The position numbers were made by a program, and so were the translations under genes. Shown here piece after piece: positions 52,542-64,000 of a stretch of 64,000 nt of DNA; the first letter of the stretch is position 1; each line of letters opens with the position of its first letter. The notes beneath the pieces are model-generated. The model was not told the origin of the DNA, made no database searches, and saw only the letters and a program-made list of their open reading frames with translations. The stretch spans positions 28,169,768 to 28,233,767 of the forward strand of contig NC_068984.1 in the NCBI RefSeq assembly GCF_001194135.2, in the 5' to 3' direction. This DNA is from Octopus bimaculoides. Lineage: Eukaryota.

Positions 52542-53063
52542 GCGATAATGATGACAATGATGACGATGATGATGACAATGATGATGACGATGATGACAAT
52601 GACAATTCTGCACTGTTTTGCTGAGTGTACTCATTACAATAAACATCACAGTTTTAGCATCAGCATCATTAAAGGAGTGTTATTGTTGTTCTTTAACCCC
52701 AGGCCATCCTGACTCAGCAACCTATGATCAAAGATATTCATTTTGACTGTTTTAGGACTACAGAGTCCAAGGTACCCTCTTTTTTCCTAAGCTTGTAGGG
52801 TATGATTTGAGGATATTTGTAAATTGAGGGACAACATACAGGCTCCTACAATAGGTTATAGAGCCAAGTGAGAGTAAATTTGAAACAGGCTCATTAGTTT
52901 GATGTGAAAAGAGATGTAGCTTTAGAGTTTTGCTACAATTAGGGTGTTGTAGTTGTAATGTAAGCTGTGCTGATGGAAGTTTATAAGGGAGAAGAAAGAA
53001 AGTCTGTTTAATATATATATATTGGATTATGCCATGATTATAATGATAGCTGATGACGGAAAT

Positions 53064-53560
53064 ATTCGTTTCAAATTTTGGCACAAGACCAGCAATTTCA
53101 GGAAGGAGTGATTTGATTATATTGATCCTGGTGCTCCACTGGTACTCATTTTATTGACCTTGAAAGGATGAAAGACAAAGTCGACCCCCCATGGCATTTG
53201 AACTCAGAACATAAAGTCAGAAATGTTGCTAAGCATTGTGTCCAGCACTGTACAAAAGGCTTAGTGGTATTTCTTCCAACTTTATGTCCAGAGTTCAAAT
53301 GCCACTGAGGCAGACTTTGTTTCTTATTCTTTGATGACCAAAATATTGCTTTCAAATTTTGGCACAAAACCTGCAGGTTTGGGGAGGGGCTAAGTCAATT
53401 AAATCAACCCCAGTGTTCAACTGGTACTTATTTTATTCACCTCGAGAGGATGAAAAGCAAAGCCGACCCTGGCAGAATTTGAACTCAGAATGTGAAGACA
53501 GATGAAAAGCCGCTAAACATTTTTCCTGGCTTACCAATAATTCTGCTAGCTTGCTTCCTT
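53064..53560. mobile_element. Three SINE family B pieces (-, +, -)
   Basis: The first two are fused head-to-head, giving an inverted repeat at 53192-53304. The third copy spans 53350-53560. Confidence 0.8.
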
Positions 53561-54129
53561 TTCGATGACTAAAATATTGATAATAATAACATATCTTACA
53601 TCTTATAAAGTAAGTTTTGGGTGTAAGCATGGCTGAGTTGCTTAGAAACTCATTTTGCAGTTATGCAGTATTTGAATTATATCCCATTCTGCAGGTCATC
53701 GGACATCAACTAAAGCCCCATGGCAAAAATTTTTAAGATAAAAACTGTGTAGAATTTCACCAGGTTAGCTAATCCTGTCTTAGCGAGGTAGACCTAGGAT
53801 GATCATCTGACCTGTGACTTTCTTTAGCAGAGTCTATTCCATTGTCAGCATTCAGGTCAATCCTCTGGCATAAGAATATTCCTTTCTTTCTGTTTCTGTT
53901 TCTCAAACAACCCAAGAAAGGTTCTTGACACAACTCTTCCTCATCTCACTAAGTCATTAAAAAAACGAAAAGCAAAGTTATGTATAAAAGTATAATAATT
54001 CATATTAGACAATTAAAAAATACTTGATAGACTATATCAGATATGTCAAGTCACAGACAAAACATCTCCTTTACTCATCACATAACACTTCATTTGTAAA
54101 ATTTAATTATAACTAAAATAATGTGGTTA

Positions 54130-54580
54130 GACATCCTTGTGTGAAACATTGATTTTTATCTGGTCTGAAAATCATGATAGAGCCAAAAGAGAACAGGGGC
54201 GGAGGTGATGTCACGAGTAAGCATCGCCTTGGTGTTTGTGTGGTGGGAGTGAAGGATATAAGTATGGGTTGGTGAAGCAATGATAAGTGACAGTACAAAA
54301 AGGGAGTGGAGGGAAGCATTATGATAAAACCATAGATGAGAAATAAGGAGATGACATGATGTGGGTGGGGGAGAAAGAGGGATGCACACTGACAGATATG
54401 AGGTCAGAGGTATGTAGGGGTTGATATTGTGAGTGATGGCAGATATGAGAAAGTGTCCAGGAGAAACGGGTATTCAATAGAAAATAAAGTGGTAAGGAAT
54501 AATATTGATCAAGTGAGATGGGTGACAAAAAGTGTTTCCAAAGAGAGAGATAGCTGGTAGTATAGAAAAGGAATGGATTA
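54130..54580 (-). mobile_element. Possible highly decayed CR1/L2-group LINE endonuclease relic
   Basis: The minus strand is pyrimidine-rich and coding-like, with HSHHTNT and SAPVLFW..HD segments loosely resembling APE-domain motifs. Confidence 0.3.
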
Positions 54581-55249
54581 TGTGCAGTACTGCTCTTGTA
54601 TAATTACAGCAGCTGAATGAGTAGTGCTATAGTTAGAGGAACATTGAAGGAATAAATGTTAGGAAATTGAGAAGTGGGGAAGACTTGATAAGGAGAGGTT
54701 GAGTGAAGAAGTACAGACATTGATGACATGCTTTTAAAACCTCATGTTTTTGCTGAAATGGACAGGTCTTCTTGAGCCCTGTGAATCATCAAACATTTCA
54801 TCCTTTCTTGTGTCCTCTGTGAAACTCAACAACCTGAGGTCAGTCTTCACTATTTTGTCCTGTTTTCCTTGGTCTCTTCCTTCCACAGGTTTCATTTACA
54901 TTTAGCAATCAGCAAGTTTTTCATCCAGCTGTTATCACATGACCATACCAGCACATTCTAGCACATAAACTCTGATGCTTCTTGTGTCCAATTTTTCTCA
55001 CAATACATTTGTACTTTGTTCTTTGTTCTTTACGCATGCTGATGCTGGACATCCAGCAGAGCATATCAGCTTCATTTCTTTCTAATTTTCACATGTCCTC
55101 TACATTCATAACACATGTTTCACTACTATTTAGCATCGCTAATCATAAACAAACATCATACATTCTATCTTTCTCTCAGTATATTTATTTATACAATGAA
55201 TGAGAGTTTTATATAGAAATTATAAGTTATAATTGGATAAATTTGTGCC

Positions 55250-56420
55250 AGCATCTGCGGTAATAGAAGTGAGAGAACCTCTATTACCAACAGAGATTAA
55301 CAGCTCTCTGAACTTACCCTCACTGGATCTTATTCTAAAAACTTCTCTTTCAGAACATCCTCTTACACTTTTAAATCGATCATCTATGTAACAAAAACTA
55401 CCAACTATTCCTAGGGATCATCCTGAGTATTCAAGAAAATCTATTTCTCGTGTGCACTTAGTGTTTATTACTCTAGCACATCTGCCACACACAAAGCCTT
55501 CTTTCTCCATTAATCTTCTTTTGGTGTATTTATATATTTATATTTGATATTTATATATTATTTTTTGTATATTGTTCATACATGTATATCTACTAATAAA
55601 TGGCTATACCTATGGAAAATGTATAATCCCTATAAATAATGGCACAATATTACATGTATGCATTTTTCCTACAGTTGTGCAATATAAATACAAATAACCA
55701 TGCTTGAAATAGATTAGTAAATCCCTATAAATATTTCTATAAACATAGTCTCCTCAGACCAAACATTCTCAAAGTACTCAGTTTATAGATTCACTAGAGA
55801 TGTCTAATAACATCAACAACAATTCAACATGAGTCACACCTAAAATCTGTGACCCAAAAAAAAAAAAAAAAGACACCTTTCTCTCCAAAGAAACGGTTCT
55901 ACTGGCAACATTATCCTGACCAGATAAAAATAAGTTCAATACACTCTAGAATTGTCAAAGATATGCTTCAGTTTTTCTAAAATTGAATTATTTCATTTTA
56001 TTTATCTTGAATAAAATAATGATGAATATACATGTACTTGTACATGATGATCAAAATGAATAATAATAATTTCACAGAAGGTTTCACACATGGATTCAAG
56101 TCAGGGCAAACATTCATCATTAAAATAAAATCATTGTATCTGTGTGTTGAGGGACTTAATTTATGTTCTCAAATGTGGCAGATGTGTGGGTATTACATAG
56201 GTCAATCGAACTTAACTCCAGGGGACAGGATAATGGAACACAAGCAACAGATTCATGAACCAGCAACTAGGAAAATTCCCATAAATAAAAATCTAGATCC
56301 AGAAACAAACATCCAAAATACCAAATTTTCTCTCAATGTCAATGCTCTGGAAACACTCTGACCCATTTCCAATTAAGTAAGGAAAATATGCTTAAGAGAC
56401 ATAAACCACAACTGAGAAAA
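55250..56420 (+). mobile_element. Decayed Penelope-like element C-terminus including a GIY-YIG endonuclease remnant
   Basis: DLIYVLKCGRCV/YYIGQSNLTPGDRIMEHKQQIHEPATRKIP (56153-56280, one frameshift; LIY..CxxC..YIG), then KENMLKRHKPQL (cf. KExxFIxxxKPxLN). The upstream boundary is approximate. Confidence 0.75.
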
Positions 56421-57010
56421 CTCAAAATATTCATGAAAATTACTGGAAACAATGGACATGCTTCAAAAGTTGAATTAGAGTGCTGCTTTCTCTTGGATTT
56501 GAAACCCAACTTCAAACTGTTATACAATTACACATTGCATCTTCTCAAACACTAGTTGACACCACCATATGCTTAACCAATTAGATGTTTTACTGGTCAA
56601 AACTGGACCTGCAAGAAAAAAAAAATATTAAGCTGATCGAGACAAGTGTCTTTTTAAGGGATTCAGCCAGCTGGAATATTGGATGACCATCAGACAAAAC
56701 CAAGTAACCAAGACTTTTGAAAATCAAATGATGTATGCAGAAAATAAACCACCCAGAGCACTGGATCTCTACTGGTAAAAAACAAGTGATCAAAGTAGTC
56801 AATAAATAAATGACATCACCAGGAAGTCAACCAACCAGAATGCTGGATTACTGCCAAAACAAAACATATGATCAGAACATCCAAAAACCAAGTGACGTAT
56901 TCAGGCAGTTAGCCAACCAAAATACTAGATCACAGACAGACAAATACAAGTGATGTCATTAAAATTATAACCAATCAGAACTTAAACCTATATCTTATAT
57001 ATATATGTAT

Positions 57011-57048
<38 letters not shown>

Positions 57049-57440
57049 AGCATGGAAAGCAAACATTAAACGATGATGATGATGATGATGCAATTTCAGC
57101 ACAAAGCAGTTTCAGCATAAAGCAGTTCAAGCTCTCACCTGCAAAACCAGTGACAAAAAATTATCCTTCATGTACTATGAGAGAAATTGTAAACCAATCT
57201 TTTTCTTTCTTCTTTTTCCAATTCTTTAAAAACTTCATTGTCTTAGTATTAATAGTATTAATACAACTCGTTGTTACTGAACTTTTAGTTATGTATGACT
57301 GTTAAGAAATTCATCAAATATTTGAAAATTTATTATTGTCTATCTCTGTGAAATTTATTGATCATTGGAATTTGTATGAAGATTGAATCTTTTACACATG
57401 TTTTTCTGAATTTGCTCTTGTATGTCAGTCTCTCCTAGAA

Positions 57441-57476
<36 letters not shown>

Positions 57477-58489
57477 NNNNNNNNNNNNNNNNNNNNNNNN
57501 NNNNNNNNNNNNNNNNNNNNNNNNNNNNNNNNNNNNNNNNNNNNNNNNNNNNNNNNNNNNNNNNNNNNNNNNNNNNNNNNNNNNNNNNNNNNNNNNNNNN
57601 NNNNNNNNNNNNNNNNNNNNNNNNNNNNNNNNNNNNNNNNNNNNNNNNNNNNNNNNNNNNNNNNNNNNNNNNNNNNNNNNNNNNNNNNNNNNNNNNNNNN
57701 NNNNNNNNNNNNNNNNNNNNNNNNNNNNNNNNNNNNNNNNNNNNNNNNNNNNNNNNNNNNNNNNNNNNNNNNNNNNNNNNNNNNNNNNNNNNNNNNNNNN
57801 NNNNNNNNNNNNNNNNNNNNNNNNNNNNNNNNNNNNNNNNNNNNNNNNNNNNNNNNNNNNNNNNNNNNNNNNNNNNNNNNNNNNNNNNNNNNNNNNNNNN
57901 NNNNNNNNNNNNNNNNNNNNNNNNNNNNNNNNNNNNNNNNNNNNNNNNNNNNNNNNNNNNNNNNNNNNNNNNNNNNNNNNNNNNNNNNNNNNNNNNNNNN
58001 NNNNNNNNNNNNNNNNNNNNNNNNNNNNNNNNNNNNNNNNNNNNNNNNNNNNNNNNNNNNNNNNNNNNNNNNNNNNNNNNNNNNNNNNNNATATATATGC
58101 ACATATATGTATACATGCATATATTCTTTTATTCTTTTACTTGTTTCAGTCATTTGATTGCAGTCATACTGGGGCACTCCCTTTAGTGAGCAAATCGACC
58201 CCAGGACTTATTCTTTGTAAGTCTAATGCATGTATATATATGCATATTTATATATCTGTGATAGATAAAGTAAACAAAGAGAGAAATTTTCATTAGGTTT
58301 TTATCCATACCTACTAAGTAATTATCCCTATGAGAAAATAATAAATATAGAAGACTATCATTAGTTAATTTAAACAATTAATTTTTCATACCAAGTACTT
58401 TAAATAGATAAAAGAGTTGTTGTATCAAAGATGTAATTGTTTATATAATTTTGTTGCCGTTACACATAAGAGAAGACTTAAATACTTAG

Positions 58490-59300
58490 GGCTGGCATCG
58501 ACCAGGTTTGGATGGTGCTTTTACGTGCCACTGGCATGAGAGCCAGTCATGGTGGTGCTGGCATCGGCCACATTCAAATGGTGCTTTTTACGTGCCACTG
58601 GCATAAGAGCCAGTCGGAGCGAGGGGGATGGCATCGACCACGTTCAGATGGTGCTTTTTACGTGCCACTGGCACGGGGAGCCAGACTGGCAGTACTGGCA
58701 TCAGCCACAACTACAATTTCCATTTGATTGCACTTTGATTTAATTTTGATGTCGATGTACTTGATTCAATAGCTCGCCTCAAGCATGGCATGTCACCCTA
58801 CAATCCAAATGTACTCTTTTGAGTAGGCTGGTTATGCGACACTGGTGTAGCCTACAGCTATGATCTCACTTTATTTGCCAGATCTTTTCAGTCACAGCAT
58901 ATCTCCAGAGGTCTCAGTCTTTTGACATTGCCTCTTTGAGGCCCAATGTTTGAAGGTCATGCTTCACCACCTCATCCCATGTCTCCCTGGGTCACTCTCT
59001 ACCATGGGTTCTTTCCACTGTTTGGGAGTGGCATTTCTTCACACAGCTCTCCTCATTCATCCATAGTACATGATCATACCAGCGCAGACATCTCTCTTGC
59101 ACGCCACATCTGATGCTTGTTATGTCCAACATTTCTCTCAAGGTGCTTACATTTTGTCGTGTGTGCACACTGACATTACACATCCAGCAGATCATGCTAG
59201 CTTCATTTCTTTCGAGCCTACGCATGTCTTCAGCAGTCATGACCCATGTTTCACTGCTGTGAAGCATGGCAGTTCACACACATGCATCGTACAATCTACC
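58490..59300 (-). mobile_element. RTE-clade LINE 3' portion
   Basis: ORF 58992-59267 MLHSSETWVMTAEDMRRLERNEASMICWMC...LRWYDHVLWM..SCVKKC is a typical RTE C-terminus. The 3' UTR has three hairpin units at 58510-58700 and lacks the terminal tail. Confidence 0.9.
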
Positions 59301-59407
59301 TTTCACTATCTATCTATCTATCTATNNNNNNNNNNNNNNNNNNNNNNNNNNNNNNNNNNNNNNNNNNNNNNNNNNNNNNNNNNNNNNNNNNNNNNNNNNN
59401 NNNNNNN

Positions 59408-59452
<45 letters not shown>

Positions 59453-59874
59453 TACCACAAGGTCAGTAATTACTGCAAAGACATTATAATTCTGTAACCT
59501 TTCCTAAGTTTTTTAATCGAGTTGTGAGTCAAAATATATTTTTGAAACATGATTATTATTGTAAAGCATTAGATGAATTGCATAATGTTATGCTTCATAG
59601 TTTTGTCACCATCAGTCTTTCTATATCCTGCTCTTTGAAAATGATATTTAGAAGACTCAATTGAAAAATGTCATTTCTCCCATTTGCTAATGTCATTAAA
59701 AGTTTCCATCTTGAATATTCAGATATTCATTTCTTGGGACTAGAAAACAAAAATTTCACAGATTTCTTTTGTTTTCTTTCTCTTTTCTTTTTTTTTTTTT
59801 CAGACTTTCACCCAACATATAAAACAAACATTCATACCAATGTACATACATATATGTCTACATTATGTTGAATT

Positions 59875-59909
<35 letters not shown>

Positions 59910-60560
59910 TGCACAATACATACATACATACATACATCCATCCATACATACAATCATACACACACACACACACACACACACATACATACATACATACATA
60001 CATACATACATACACACAAACATATATGCATACATATATATTTTATTAGATTTACAGAGGAGAAACATGTACAATTTGGGTTTTCTATTTTATTTTTTAT
60101 CAAAACATTTTAAAGATTATTCTCATATCCTCACATTTATGCAGTTTATTCATTGGACTGTAGAAAACAAAAGCATAAATACATAGACACACACATATAC
60201 ACACATGCACACACCAACATATATAGAAATCCAAGACAAAAACAAACATTCAAAGCTAATATACATGTTGAAAATTCAGATAGAAGACGAAGATATTTGG
60301 AAGTTAAGGAAATGTTTTCCATATTTGAAATGTCAAAGTTTCCAAAAGAATAAATTCTAAACTTATGAAATAGCTTTACCTTTAACTACATTTCATTTTC
60401 GTGTATATGTATATACAGAACAGGATTTTCTGGATATTTGAATTTCTACATACATTCAGCAATTTATTACAGCCACAATATATATAAGAACACTAAATTT
60501 CGTTTTACATTTAAACCTGTACAGACCAATAAGAAAATACAGCCCAATGTCCTTCAAATG

Positions 60561-60795
60561 ATTCTTTTACCTGTTTCAGTCAATTCACTGTGCCTATGCT
60601 GGGCACGACCTGTATTCGAGCAAATCAACCCCAGGACTTATTCTTTGTAAGCCTAGTACTTATTCTATCGGTCTCTTTTGCCGAATTGCTAAGTTATGGG
60701 GACATAAACATACCAGCACAGGTTGTCAAGTGATGTTGGGGGGACAAATACAGACACACAAATACACACATACACACATACATACATACAAACAT

Positions 60796-60877
<82 letters not shown>

Positions 60878-61039
60878 GACAGGCTTCTATCAGTTTCCGT
60901 CAGCCAAACCTACTCACAAGGCTTTGGTCGGCCCAAGGCTATAGTAGAAGACACTTGCCCAAGGAGCCATACAGTGGGATTGAATCCAGAACCATGTGGT
61001 TGGTAATCAAGCTACTTACCACACACCCACTCCTGCACC
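60561..61039 (-). mobile_element. Full-length SINE family A
   Basis: Tail, body, (TA)n linker and head ...CCACTCCTGCACC. Confidence 0.9.
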
Positions 61040-61546
61040 ACAAACAGATAATATGTTTCTAGATACATTGCATATGATAAACAAAAACAGGATGGTTGCA
61101 AAATCATGTGTCAGGTGACCTGAGTCTAAACGACAACAGTAACAATAACTACAACCAAGAACCTTACATTCCTAAGAACAAAAGAGTAAATTTTATAAAG
61201 CCTCCCACATTAGATGCGGAGTATAGAGAAACCATTTTAAGGACTTCTATTTTTTTACAGATGAAAAATGCTATCATCTCTTTCTAGTTTTTTCTACTTC
61301 ACGGATTGTATGTCACAAAATCCTTGTCAAAATTCAACAAAAACTATGTTAGAGCTTGCCATTAAATCCATATAATCAGCAGAGGCTGAAGACTTAAATG
61401 ATATACTCTTGAACCGAAAGATCTCATTTTTCTTTATTTTTCTACTTGCGATGCTAATTTTTGATTAAGTTCGTTTCTGAAGCTTTATGCTACTCCAGTC
61501 AGATTTCCTACCTATCTACTCGAAACCTTTCTAGCTCTTTAAATAA

Positions 61547-61595
<49 letters not shown>

Positions 61596-61622
61596 TATGA
61601 TGATGATGATAACAATAGTATT

Positions 61623-62038
61623 CTGCTCAATACCACAAATTTGCTTGTCAGTTGTTTGACCTTAACCAGTTGAGCATGTCCTTTGGTGGCTGATGATATG
61701 TGCATCTCTGATCACGAGCAGAAATAGTGGAGGAGGAATTCTTTAAAATTTGAATAATTCACCTCTGGAAACATGGATGTTTCATTCAACATCCTTAAAT
61801 AACCCTTATTGAAGGACCATTTGAGTGGGATGGGCTACTTGACCAGACGAAAATTCTAACTGGGCCCCACCTGCAAGGTCATGCGCTGTTTATCTTGATA
61901 TGAGATCACCATGTTGCACACATATGATTGTGATTCATGTGCCTAGTGTACCCTTATCAGATGGGTAGTCATGATAGGTATAATGGGCTTCATATATTTT
62001 ACCCCCGTGTGTCACATTGATGCTCTGCTCTCTCACTC
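61623..62038. mobile_element. Unclassified, comparatively GC-rich element of about 415 bp embedded in (AAT)n
   Basis: Composition shifts abruptly, with (AAT)n at about 61549-61594 and 62039-62135. No ORF. I recall a similar dispersed repeat but cannot verify it. Confidence 0.5.
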
Positions 62039-62063
62039 AATAATAATAATAATAATAATAATG

Positions 62064-62120
<57 letters not shown>

Positions 62121-63959
62121 GCAATAATAATAATAACCTACATTATATATACATCCACTGATGCCAAACCTGGAAANNNNNNNNNNNNNNNNNNNNNNNN
62201 NNNNNNNNNNNNTAAAAACACTCCAGTAGAAAAAAAAATATTTGCTTATACATCTCCAGTAACATACTTGTAACTGGTGCAAAAACTACTCTAATTACAC
62301 TTCTTCAAATATCATCCATTACATCTCTTTCCAAGCCATATGTTTACTTAGGAGTAAACATATAGGTAGGAATAAATGTGTACAAGCTTCAGAATTAGTA
62401 AATATTCTAATTTGTTCATACTAATCCTAGTAGTTTATCTTAAAACATCTTCAGAATTCTGATGTGATATTTCAAAATAATAATGCCAGAAACCATATAA
62501 TTTGTCAAATTTGTAAAGTGAATATAACTATTATTTTGAAAGCAAGTATTCTTACACAAAATACACTAAATCAATACAATATAAAGATAACATTTGTTGG
62601 TATTTTGAATCAATATACACACATATGAGAAACCCTGTGAGAAAAGCTATGAATCTGAACTACAAAAACAAAATAAACCATAAATGAATTATTTATTTGA
62701 AAATCTCAAAGGTTTAACAGTTGAGCAGAATTTTTACGAAAAAGCAATCAATTTTCATAATGGAGAAACTATATTAATTATATGTATGAAAATCATTTAA
62801 TCAATTCGAATTGATAATTATTTTAATTATTGGTAGGGAGTCCTCTTTAAAGATTAAGAACTGTATAGATTTATTTCCTTCATACTGTAAAACCGATGTT
62901 GTAATAATAAAAAATAATTAGAAACCAATTAATGTGTTTTTTTAAATAATAATTTGTTAGTCTAGCTTCCTTAACTAATCAAACCAACATTTTGTATGCA
63001 AAAAATCAAATTAATAATAAGATTAATAAATATCCAATTTTCAGAGTTTGGGTTTTCTTATGCTTGTATCAGTTAGTGATCTAGAGTAAAATTTCTGTCT
63101 CAAAGAAAATAATTGGTTTTGAATGATATATTGAAAAGATAAAAGTGTGCTAATCTAATTCCAATTAAAATCATAATTTTGAATTTTCCAGTAAGATATA
63201 TGTTGATAAGTGCTAAATAATTGGAAACCAGCAATATGAATAGAAAAAAATCTCTCTACTAAAATCACATTTGCCTTCTTTATTATAGCAGAGACGAAAT
63301 CCTTTCTAGTAAATTTAATACTTGTTTCTTTAGTTTCTCACTTAAAATCAGCAACCAATTTCAAACTTTTTTAGATATTTTACTATTAGAATATTTCATA
63401 TATAAAATTGTCAAATAAATATTAAAACTAGATGAAAGGAAAGGAACGGAATATTAATTTATGTAGTAAATGGGTGAGAAAATGCCAGAGAATATGTCAT
63501 TAATCCAAAAGATGAAAGGAGTTACCATTAAAGAGAATAGAGAATTACAGATTATGTAAGGCAGAGAAAAACATTAATGATGACATGAAAAATTCCCAAT
63601 AAAAATACTATTACTATTGTCGATGACCTGTTATTTACAAGCTACACTTTTCTCAAACATATGAATAACTGTATATATAAAAAGAAACAACAAATAAAGA
63701 GCCATAGTTGAAGAAAGAAACTAGAAAGACAAGGTAAGACTACTAGAAATATTACCTCTGTGCAAGCATGTATCAATATTTTGAAATAAGAATATGTAGA
63801 ACAAGATACATTAGAGGTTTTACAAAGAAAGTATTGATCAGAACAAATACATATGTATGTACATATGTAAAGATGTATGTATGTGGGTGTGTTTGTGTAT
63901 ATATGTATGTATGTATGTATCTATCTATATGTATGTGTGTGTGTGTGTGTATGTGTGTG

Positions 63960-64000
<41 letters not shown>

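Noticed and set aside
52206-52712. Poly-His, poly-Asp and poly-Met ORFs (also 25344-25616, 15931-16868 and 30076-30382)
   Set aside because: Translations of trinucleotide and dinucleotide microsatellites, open in several frames, with no coding evidence.
58510-58700. CRISPR-like repeat-spacer appearance
   Set aside because: The spacers are homologous to each other, the array lies in a eukaryotic LINE 3' UTR, and there are no cas genes.

Overview
AT-rich, repeat-dense eukaryotic draft-assembly DNA with roughly 6 kb of N gaps, most of them beside microsatellites. The repeat families look like octopus (coleoid cephalopod) repeats; that is my recognition, not a database result. No intact long CDS, rRNA, true tRNA or CRISPR array is supportable. 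The window holds: (i) many tRNA-derived SINE copies from at least three families; (ii) 5'-truncated RTE-clade LINE 3' ends with (GAT)n tails; (iii) three decayed Penelope-like elements (PLEs), showing N-terminal, RT and GIY-YIG remnants; (iv) R4/Dong-like restriction-endonuclease LINE relics whose 3' ends abut (TAA)n or (ATAC)n microsatellites; (v) a pogo-like DDE_1 transposase relic and a small TA-flanked MITE; and (vi) a few candidate minus-strand exons of an unidentified host gene. The most notable structures are two minimal type I hammerhead-ribozyme motifs (39180-39230 minus; 12732-12766 plus), microsatellite-targeted retroelements, and a variable-copy double-hairpin module in the RTE 3' UTR. 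These mostly fit known mobile-element biology. I do not see evidence for a wholly new system.
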